This document shows positions 1 to 5,301 of a DNA stretch of 5,352 nt, piece by piece. A program made the position numbers and the translations under genes. The notes under the pieces are model-generated. The model searched no databases and was not told where the DNA came from. It saw only the letters and a program-made list of their open reading frames with translations. The first letter of the stretch is position 1, and the number at the start of each line of letters is the position of its first letter. Origin of the DNA: Dubosiella newyorkensis (GTDB lineage Bacteria; Bacillota_I; Bacilli_A; Erysipelotrichales; Erysipelotrichaceae); contig NZ_MPKA01000038.1 in the NCBI RefSeq assembly GCF_001945605.1, positions 1-5,352 on the forward strand, given 5' to 3'.

Positions 1-8
1 TCCTGTCA

Positions 9-22
9 AGTTTTCAAAGATC
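9..22 (-). promoter_or_regulatory. boxA-like antitermination element in the leader of a leftward, off-window transcription unit (probably an rRNA operon)
   Basis: The minus strand reads GATCTTTGAAAACT. This closely resembles the Firmicute rrn leader/spacer boxA core (..TTCTTTGAAAACT..) as I remember it. It lies about 30 nt downstream of the predicted start site of the 60-88 promoter. The gene it would serve is outside the window. Confidence 0.4.
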
Positions 23-59
23 GTCCCTGCCTTGAAGCTCTCTGCCTCAACGCTCACTC

Positions 60-88
60 ATATTACCATGAATGAACTGTTCTGTCAA
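60..88 (-). promoter_or_regulatory. sigma-A type promoter firing leftwards (proximal of a tandem pair)
   Basis: Minus strand: TTGACA (88..83), a 17-nt spacer, then TAATAT (65..60), with a TGn extended -10 (T68 G67). Phased A-tracts lie immediately upstream (92-118). Confidence 0.55.
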
Positions 89-91
89 CAC

Positions 92-118
92 TTTTTTCAA
101 TATTTTTTGAATATTTTT
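92..118. repeat. phased T6/A6 tracts with an 11-bp period (UP-element-like, probably curved DNA)
   Basis: TTTTTTCAATA (92-102), TTTTTTGAATA (103-113) and TTTTT (114-118). T-tracts start at 92, 103 and 114, directly upstream of the -35 box at 83-88 on the minus strand. Confidence 0.6.
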
Positions 119-159
119 AGAGGACAGTTGAAGCGGGTTCTTGGTCCCAAAGCTTATTT

Positions 160-188
160 ATAATAGCGCTTCGATTAGTTTCTGTCAA
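160..188 (-). promoter_or_regulatory. sigma-A type promoter firing leftwards (distal of a tandem pair)
   Basis: Minus strand: TTGACA (188..183), a 17-nt spacer, then TATTAT (165..160). The -35 box sits exactly 100 bp from that of the 60-88 promoter, and both share the 10-mer GTTGACAGAA. The upstream region (189-220) is AT-rich. Confidence 0.5.
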
Positions 189-220
189 CCACAAATTTTT
201 ATATTTTTAAAATAATTTCA

Positions 221-249
221 ATTACAGAAAGAAAGTTCTTCGTTATAAT
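221..249 (+). promoter_or_regulatory. candidate promoter of the GAF gene
   Basis: ATTACA (221-226), a 17-nt spacer, then TATAAT (244-249). The predicted +1 is at about 256-257, which is at the ATG itself. Confidence 0.4.
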
Positions 250-256
250 AAAAGCT

Positions 257-709
257 ATGAACATATACTTAGAACAATTCGATCAATTGATCGATCCCTC
301 TCTTCCTTTGATTTCAAATCTCGCCAATGCGGCAAGCTGGATCTACTTCACCTTTCCTTCTCTCAACTGGGCAGGCTTCTATTTCTATGACTCGAAACAA
401 AAGCTTTGTTTTTTAGGACCATTTCAAGGAAAGGTCGCCTGCACCACGATAAAAGAAGGAAAAGGAGTCGTTGGTACTTGCGCCAAGAACCAAGAAACGC
501 TCTATATAAAAAATGTCCATACCTTTGATGGACATATTGCCTGCGATCAAGCGAGCAAAAGCGAGCTCGTCCTTCCGATCTTTCGCAAAGAAGAGCTATG
601 GGCAGTATTGGATATCGACTCCGATCAGTTGGATGGGCTTTCTAAAGAATCGATCGCGCTTTTAGAAAAGATCGCCGCTAAACTCTCGAAGCTTGTTTCA
701 AGCGCGTAG
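257..709 (+). CDS. GAF-domain protein, free methionine-(R)-sulfoxide reductase-like (YtsP/YebR/MsrC family)
   Basis: A 150-aa ORF. Motifs NWAGFYF, LGPFQGKVAC, GKGVVGT, FDGHIACDQASKSELVLPI and VLDIDS match the single-GAF fRMsr family as I remember it (e.g. B. subtilis YtsP), and the length agrees. No upstream in-frame ATG/GTG/TTG exists before the stop at 176-178. There is no Shine-Dalgarno sequence. Confidence 0.8.
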   Translation: MNIYLEQFDQLIDPSLPLISNLANAASWIYFTFPSLNWAGFYFYDSKQKLCFLGPFQGKVACTTIKEGKGVVGTCAKNQETLYIKNVHTFDGHIACDQASKSELVLPIFRKEELWAVLDIDSDQLDGLSKESIALLEKIAAKLSKLVSSA

Positions 710-1413
710 GAAGCGATCGTGTGATCATTGAGCTTTCTTTCCCGCTTTTTAAAATGCTTTCGAAGTTTATGAATAAACGATTGTCTCGTTTTTCCGATCA
801 AGAATGTCCGGGGCAATCGTTGTTTTTTATGATCGAGATAAGCTCTCTCAATAATTGTGACTTCTTGTTCAAATTCGTGAGCGAACGCATTCGACAAACA
901 ACTATCTTCGAACGCCATATCGAACAACAGCAATCTAGCTTCCCGGCTTCGAAAGCACTGTAATACATGATTCAACGAGATGGGATCGTTCATACTTTGC
1001 TCGGTCCATTCTTTTTTATATTTTCCGTAATAAATAAAACTATATACAGGATGACTCGTTCGATATACGCCAGGATATCGAAGCAGCATATCGGATAAAA
1101 CCGTATTGCTCGCTGTGATCTTGGCGTTATATCCATTCATGCTTTCCCGGATCGAAGACCAAAGAGAGTATGGATATCTTGTGAAACAATGGGTGGCAGG
1201 ATCGAGTGTAGAAAATGAAAAGGAAGGCATGATCAAGCAGCCTTGCGATCCGATTGTTTCTTTGAGCGCTTCGATCAGTGTTTGTTCGCCTCCGGCGATC
1301 GATGAAAACGAATTGAGATCGCTTTCCACAAAAACAGGCGTTCCCTTTTTTATATTGAGTTCCTCGAACAAAGCGACGAGGTCTTCTTTCGTATATATCT
1401 TCTTTTTATTCAT
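625..1413 (-). CDS. aminoglycoside N3-acetyltransferase family protein (AAC(3)/YokD-like); substrate unknown
   Basis: Motifs VFVESDLNSFSSIAGGEQTLIEALKETIGSQGCLIMPSFSFS, IRESMNGYN, RTSHPVYSFIYYGK and AFAHEFE parallel the AAC(3) (Antibiotic_NAT) family and B. subtilis YokD from memory. Overall length also fits. The ORF track starts at a TTG (1428) inside the terminator T-run. I prefer ATG 1413..1411 (MNKKKIYTKEDL...), which gives 262 aa. Confidence 0.7.
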   Translation of the reverse strand: MNKKKIYTKEDLVALFEELNIKKGTPVFVESDLNSFSSIAGGEQTLIEALKETIGSQGCLIMPSFSFSTLDPATHCFTRYPYSLWSSIRESMNGYNAKITASNTVLSDMLLRYPGVYRTSHPVYSFIYYGKYKKEWTEQSMNDPISLNHVLQCFRSREARLLLFDMAFEDSCLSNAFAHEFEQEVTIIERAYLDHKKQRLPRTFLIGKTRQSFIHKLRKHFKKRERKLNDHTIASYALETSFESLAAIFSKSAIDSLESPSN

Positions 1414-1419
1414 ATCTCT

Positions 1420-1425
1420 ATTATA
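1420..1425 (-). promoter_or_regulatory. candidate -10 box for the acetyltransferase gene (leaderless geometry)
   Basis: The minus strand reads TATAAT (1425..1420), followed by 6 nt and then ATG (1413). The canonical +1 therefore falls on the A of the ATG. The only -35-like hexamer, TTGTGA, has a poor 15-nt spacer, and the adjacent TG is one position off the extended -10 rule. Confidence 0.3.
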
Positions 1426-1426
1426 C

Positions 1427-1463
1427 AAAAAAATAGGCGATCACAACGGATTCGCCTATTTTT
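1427..1463 (-). terminator. intrinsic terminator downstream of pheT (bidirectional shape)
   Basis: A perfect 8-bp stem, ATAGGCGA (1433-1440) with TCGCCTAT (1452-1459), and an 11-nt loop. On the minus strand it is followed by T7 (1433..1427). On the plus strand it is followed by a shorter T-run (to 1463). It starts 10 nt after the pheT TGA stop. Confidence 0.8.
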
Positions 1464-1468
1464 GATCA

Positions 1469-3874
1469 TCAACCTCTTAATTGAGCGTTGAGATCTTTTT
1501 TCAAAGATTCAAGCATCATCTCAAAGACATTGTTGATTTCTTCATCTTTTAAAGTATGGGTATCGCTTCCGAACACGATGCGGATTGCGATCGATTTTTC
1601 ATTTTCCTTTACGTGTTCTCCTTCGTATACATCAAAGATTTCGATCTCTTTTACGATCTTTTCTTTTGTTTTTTGGTCGCGTCCATGTTTTTCGATCAAT
1701 TGAACAATGTTTTCGGCTGGAAGCTCTCGATCCACGATCAGTGCTAAATCTCGCGTGACTGTCGGATATTTCGAGATCGGAGTGAATTTGATCTTGGATT
1801 TTTTCGTTTCCATCAAGCTAGAAAGATCGAGTTCTGCCATGTAGACATTTTTCACATCGTTTTCTTTCGCGTATTTTGGATGGATCTCGCCCATATATCC
1901 GAGCGTTTCTTTGCCCATTTTGATGCATGCGGAACGGAATGGATGGAAGTGACCTTCATCCTTGTTTTCCGTAAAACGGATGCGGGCTCGATTGATGCCT
2001 AATGAATCGAACAACGTCTCTAATAGACCTTTGAGCGTATAGAAATCAGCTGGGGTTTCTTCATGAAGCCATGGTGTCATTTCAAGGGGTCCGGATAGAC
2101 AAATTGCTAAATGCTTTCTTTGTTGGCATCTTCCTTCGACATCGCTGATCTCGAATACATTGACGGAGGATAGTTTTCTTGCTTGGTTGTATGCGACGAC
2201 GCCTAGAAGCGAAGGGAGAATGCTCGTACGAATCCAACGTCTTTCTTCCGACATCGGCATCGCAAGCTCGATCGCTTCATCGTTTGACAAGATCGCGTTG
2301 TCTTTTTTTAACGTGCTAATCAAGGTGTAAGTAATGCATTGTTCTAAGCCAAGCGAGCTCAATACATTTTCTGTCGTTCGGATCATTCGTTGTTGTTCGT
2401 CTAATTTTCCTTCTGTCATCGGCATGAAAGGAAGCGTGCTTGGTAGACGATCGTAACCGATCAATCGGATCACTTCTTCGCTTAGATCTGCCATCCCTTC
2501 CATATCGGTCCGATAGCTTGGGATCACGACAGAAATAACGCCATCTTGGATTTCAGGATCGAAATCAAGACGTTCGAAAACGTCCATTACTTCTTCTTGG
2601 CTAAAGTTGGTGCCTAAGCGATCGTTGATCTGCTCGATCGTGCAGTGAAGGATCTTTTCTAAACCGTCGACTTCGCCGATTTGAACGGTTTCTTCGATCG
2701 CTGTAGCATCCGCGTATTCGATCAGCAGCTGTACGGCTCGATCGATTGCTTTGAAAGGCGCCATTGGCTCGATTCCTTTTTGATATCGCAATGATGATTC
2801 GGTTGCTAAATTGAGTCTTCTTGTTGTGTTTCGAATAGAAACGTGGTCAAAAGAAGCGCATTCAATGATCAGACCATGGGTCGTTTCTAAAATCTTGGAA
2901 TCATCTCCTCCCATAATCCCGGCAATTCCGATCGGTTTTCCTTGGTTGGTGATAACGATATCTTCTGGAAGGAGCTGATAGGTGATTCCATCCAAGGCTG
3001 TATATTCTTCTTCAAAGCCATCGGCTACAGTGATTTCTTGATCTTTGATCGCATCAATATCGTAAAAGTGCATCGGTTGCCCTGTTTCTAACATTACGAT
3101 ATTGGAAATATCCACGACATTGTTGATCGAATGCATACCACTCGCCCTCAAAAGCTCTTTCATCCATTTTGGAGACTCTTTGATCGTGATCGATCCGATG
3201 ACTTTTTCTAAAAAGAGTGGGCATTTTTCTGTTTTGCTGGAAAGAGCAAATCGTGTATGATCGCCAAGATCGCTTGCTGCATCGAATTCAGGAAGAACGA
3301 CTTCCCGATTCAAGATCGCTCCGACTTCTTTCGCGAGATTGAATTGCGCTTGGCAGTCGCTTCGATTTGGCGTCAAACCAATTTCTAGGATCTCATCATC
3401 ATAGCCTAAATAGCCTAATGGATCGGTATAACCGACTGGCGCGTTTTCTGGAAGGATCTCGATACCGTTTTTTTGTTCTTCGCTGAGCATATGTGGATCA
3501 ACGCCAAGTTCGAAAAGTGCGCAGATCATGCCATTGGATTCTTGGCCTCGGATCGCTCCTTTTTTGATTTCTCCTCCTGGCAGCTTGGCACCTGGTTTTG
3601 CGACGATGACTTTTTGGCCTTCGGCCACATTGGGCGCTCCGCATACGATTTGAACGATCTCATCGCCCAAGTCGACTTTAGTGATATGAAGATGATCGGA
3701 GTCTGGATGCATTTCGCATTCTACGACTTGTCCGATCACTAAGTTCGTGCCAGAAGATAGAGGATAGGCCGCTTCTACTTCCAAGCCGGCATTCGTGATC
3801 TTTTCAGCCAATTCTTCTAAGGACAGATCGGAAAGATCCATATATTGGGATAACCATTTTCTAGATGTTCGCAT
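1469..3874 (-). CDS. pheT: phenylalanine--tRNA ligase beta subunit
   Basis: An 801-aa ORF with the typical bacterial PheT length and layout. The N-terminal tRNA-binding OB region reads GQVVECEMHPDSDHLHITKVDLG and the C-terminal anticodon-binding-like region reads IEIFDVYEGEHV...SIAIRIVF. An SD sequence GGAGAG (3885..3880) lies 5 nt before the ATG. The start is 12 nt after the pheS stop. Confidence 0.95.
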   Translation of the reverse strand: MRTSRKWLSQYMDLSDLSLEELAEKITNAGLEVEAAYPLSSGTNLVIGQVVECEMHPDSDHLHITKVDLGDEIVQIVCGAPNVAEGQKVIVAKPGAKLPGGEIKKGAIRGQESNGMICALFELGVDPHMLSEEQKNGIEILPENAPVGYTDPLGYLGYDDEILEIGLTPNRSDCQAQFNLAKEVGAILNREVVLPEFDAASDLGDHTRFALSSKTEKCPLFLEKVIGSITIKESPKWMKELLRASGMHSINNVVDISNIVMLETGQPMHFYDIDAIKDQEITVADGFEEEYTALDGITYQLLPEDIVITNQGKPIGIAGIMGGDDSKILETTHGLIIECASFDHVSIRNTTRRLNLATESSLRYQKGIEPMAPFKAIDRAVQLLIEYADATAIEETVQIGEVDGLEKILHCTIEQINDRLGTNFSQEEVMDVFERLDFDPEIQDGVISVVIPSYRTDMEGMADLSEEVIRLIGYDRLPSTLPFMPMTEGKLDEQQRMIRTTENVLSSLGLEQCITYTLISTLKKDNAILSNDEAIELAMPMSEERRWIRTSILPSLLGVVAYNQARKLSSVNVFEISDVEGRCQQRKHLAICLSGPLEMTPWLHEETPADFYTLKGLLETLFDSLGINRARIRFTENKDEGHFHPFRSACIKMGKETLGYMGEIHPKYAKENDVKNVYMAELDLSSLMETKKSKIKFTPISKYPTVTRDLALIVDRELPAENIVQLIEKHGRDQKTKEKIVKEIEIFDVYEGEHVKENEKSIAIRIVFGSDTHTLKDEEINNVFEMMLESLKKDLNAQLRG

Positions 3875-3886
3875 TTGTTCTCTCCT

Positions 3887-4921
3887 TTATTCGTAGCGTT
3901 TGAATTGTTTATTGAAGCGTAAATCATTCGTGTAAAAGTGGCGGATGTCGTCGATGCCGTATTTGAGCATGGCGACGCGTTCGATTCCGACCCCAAAAGC
4001 AAATCCGCTGCAGACTTCTGGATCATAGCCTGCCATTTTCAATACGTTTGGATGCACTTCTCCGGCGCCTAAAATCTCGATCCATCCTGTCCCTTTGCAT
4101 GTTGGACAGCCTTTGCCTCCGCAAATGTGACAAGAAACGTCCACTTCGACGCTTGGTTCCGTGAATGGGAAATAGCTTGGGCGGAAGCGGATTTGTCGAT
4201 CTTGTCCAAACAGTTTTTTCGCCATGAATTCTAGCGTTCCTTTCAGGTCGGCGAGCGTGACTTTTTCCGCAATAACAAGGCCTTCCATCTGCATGAACTG
4301 GTGGGAATGGGTCGCGTCGTCATCATCTTTTCGATAGACTTTGCCTGGACATACGACTTTGATCGGTAGTTTTGGCGCGTTTTCTTCGAGGACTTTCATT
4401 TGTAGCGCGGTCGTGTGGGTCCTTAACAGCCATTCAGGGTCGATATAGAGGGAGTCTTGCATCGCTCTTGCCGGGTGGTCCTTGGGGATGTTGGCGCGTT
4501 CGAAGCAATATTCATCGTTGACGATGTCGCTTCCTTCGATCACTTGATATCCAAGTCCGATAAAGAGATCTTCCAATTCTTCGAGAACGGTAATGAGTGG
4601 ATGTTTGTTTCCTAGTTCGAATTGACGTCCTGGAAGGGTGATGTCGATCTTTTCGGATTCGATTTGTTTTTGCATTTCGAGTTCTTCGAGGTTGGATTTT
4701 TGTTGTTCGAGCGCTTCGGCGACTTCTTGCTTAAGGGTATTGATCATCGCTCCGAAGGCTGGTTTTTCTTCTTTTGGCAAGTTCTTCATTTCTTTCATGA
4801 GCGCTTGGATCGATCCTTTTTTCCCTAAGAAGGCGATCCTAAGGTCATTGAGTTCTTTTAAGGAAGCGGCTTGCTGGATTTGTTCGAGAGCTTCTTGTTT
4901 GAGGGTGTTGATTTGTTCCAT
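3887..4921 (-). CDS. pheS: phenylalanine--tRNA ligase alpha subunit
   Basis: A 344-aa ORF with class II aaRS signatures ([49 protein letters not shown]) and the Firmicute-type CxxC...CxxC insert ([24 protein letters not shown]). An SD-like GGAAAGGAAAG lies upstream. It is preceded by a Phe-specific T-box. Confidence 0.95.
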   Translation of the reverse strand: MEQINTLKQEALEQIQQAASLKELNDLRIAFLGKKGSIQALMKEMKNLPKEEKPAFGAMINTLKQEVAEALEQQKSNLEELEMQKQIESEKIDITLPGRQFELGNKHPLITVLEELEDLFIGLGYQVIEGSDIVNDEYCFERANIPKDHPARAMQDSLYIDPEWLLRTHTTALQMKVLEENAPKLPIKVVCPGKVYRKDDDDATHSHQFMQMEGLVIAEKVTLADLKGTLEFMAKKLFGQDRQIRFRPSYFPFTEPSVEVDVSCHICGGKGCPTCKGTGWIEILGAGEVHPNVLKMAGYDPEVCSGFAFGVGIERVAMLKYGIDDIRHFYTNDLRFNKQFKRYE

Positions 4922-4938
4922 ATTCTTTCCTTTCCATT

Positions 4939-4989
4939 AAAAAAAGACGTCACAGGAACGGAAGATCCGCGGTACCATCCTGTTTCGTC
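4939..4989 (-). terminator. hairpin plus U7 tract of the T-box expression platform
   Basis: RNA: GACG (4989..4986) pairs with CGUC (4949..4946). ACAGGA (4983..4978) pairs with UCCUGU (4957..4952). GCGG (4970..4967) pairs with CCGU (4961..4958). U7 follows. See the findings for why this platform looks atypical. Confidence 0.6.
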
Positions 4990-5150
4990 ATTTACGCACT
5001 TTGATCATGATAACCGTTTGATACGGAAGAGGGTTGGCTCTTAGCTCCAAGGTGAATTCGTTCCGGATACTTGTCGAAGATCTCTCAGCCTTTGGATCTT
5101 CTTCTCTGTCCAAGCGTTACGGAAGTACTGTTTCTTTTCTGCGCTTTAAT
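4939..5150 (-). promoter_or_regulatory. T-box leader RNA with a Phe (UUC) specifier, controlling pheST
   Basis: On the minus strand:
- AGTA (5129..5126), then the UUCCG/CGGAA helix.
- AGAGA box in GGACAGAGAAG.
- Distal GCUGAGA motif.
- Specifier loop CGAA-UUC-A, with UUC at 5056..5054 followed by the conserved purine.
- F-box-like CGGUUA.
- T-box sequence AAACAGGAUGGUACCGCGG (4985..4967).
- Bulge UGGU matching an A73 discriminator.
- A U7 tract (4945..4939). Confidence 0.9.
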
Positions 5151-5156
5151 GTTTCA

Positions 5157-5185
5157 ATTATACAAAAGCGTTTCTTAAATCTCAA
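5157..5185 (-). promoter_or_regulatory. pheST promoter
   Basis: Minus strand: TTGAGA (5185..5180), a 17-nt spacer, then TATAAT (5162..5157). The predicted +1 near 5150 gives a leader of about 230 nt, which is typical for T-box leaders. Confidence 0.65.
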
Positions 5186-5251
5186 GGTTTCTTGATGTTT
5201 TCCTGCTTTGATTTTCAGTATAATGAAACCTGACTTTAAGAGATGATTTTC

Positions 5252-5301
5252 AAAAATGGTGCTAAGGAAGCGGTGTAAACCGATATCCCAGCACCTTTTT
5301 T
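5252..5301. terminator. bidirectional terminator-like hairpin upstream of the pheST promoter
   Basis: GGTGCT (5258-5263) pairs with AGCACC (5290-5295). Inside are an inner GG/CC pair and a CGGT (5271-5274)/ACCG (5279-5282) helix capped by GTAA. T6 (5296-5301) follows on the plus strand. A-TTTTT follows on the minus strand (complement of 5252-5257). It most simply terminates a minus-strand gene lying to the right of the window. Confidence 0.5.

Noticed and set aside
74-82. The palindrome GAACTGTTC as a LexA (Cheo box) operator
   Set aside because: The Bacillus-type SOS box is GAAC-N4-GTTC. Here the half-sites are separated by a single base, and the motif sits in the spacer of a leftward promoter.
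68-163. A 31-codon plus-strand ORF (MNELFCQHFFQYFLNIFRGQLKRVLGPKAYL) in the left intergenic region
   Set aside because: It has no SD or promoter. It runs antisense through two strong minus-strand promoters and the A/T-tract repeat. Its composition reflects T-rich DNA rather than a protein.
4-188. The three CTGTCAA copies (4-9, 83-88 and 183-188 regions) as CRISPR-like repeats, transposon ends or a regulator's operator array
   Set aside because: Read on the minus strand, each is a TTGACA -35 hexamer. The two complete copies have correctly spaced -10 boxes. There are no inverted-repeat partners, no uniform spacers and no nearby transposase or cas genes.
711-752. A possible terminator for the GAF gene (AAGCG ... 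CGCTT followed by TTTTAAAA)
   Set aside because: The stem is only 5 bp with a loop of about 27 nt, and it lies inside the acetyltransferase coding sequence. It is too weak to call.
1426-1428. The TTG start at 1428 given by the ORF track for the acetyltransferase
   Set aside because: It lies inside the terminator T-run and has no SD. The downstream ATG at 1413 gives an N-terminus (MNKKKIYTKEDL) that lines up better with YokD-like proteins.
721-1465. Plus-strand ORFs 721-963 (80 aa) and 1106-1465 (119 aa), antisense to the acetyltransferase gene
   Set aside because: Both lie entirely inside a gene with clear family motifs on the other strand. Neither has an SD or promoter. Their composition is low-complexity and F/S/L-rich, as expected for shadow frames with third positions aligned.
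651-2934. A cyanobacterial HIP1 (GCGATCGC) element as the explanation for the CGATCG excess
   Set aside because: The full octamer GCGATCGC never occurs in the window; only 7-mers do. The T-box leader and the promoter and SD style point to a Firmicute-like genome, not a cyanobacterium. I keep it only as an analogy in the GATC finding.
1488-4940. ORFs antisense or out of frame within pheT/pheS (1488-1703, 1556-1747, 3473-3742, 3817-4026, 4622-4828, 4638-4940)
   Set aside because: All are nested in the two strongly supported aaRS genes. They lack ribosome-binding sites and have F/S/C/L-rich, low-complexity translations. They are typical antisense shadow ORFs.
4946-5060. A cluster of 6-bp restriction palindromes (GACGTC, CCGCGG, GGTACC, GAATTC) as a sign of an engineered cloning junction
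   Set aside because: GGTACCGCGG is the conserved T-box core itself, and GAATTC arises from GAA plus the UUC specifier. Both are fully explained by the natural riboswitch.
5219-5278. Mini-ORFs after the plus-strand TATAAT (MKPDFKR at 5224-5247; MIFKNGAKEAV at 5243-5278)
   Set aside because: They are very short, have no credible SD, and overlap the terminator hairpin. Nothing distinguishes them from chance ORFs.
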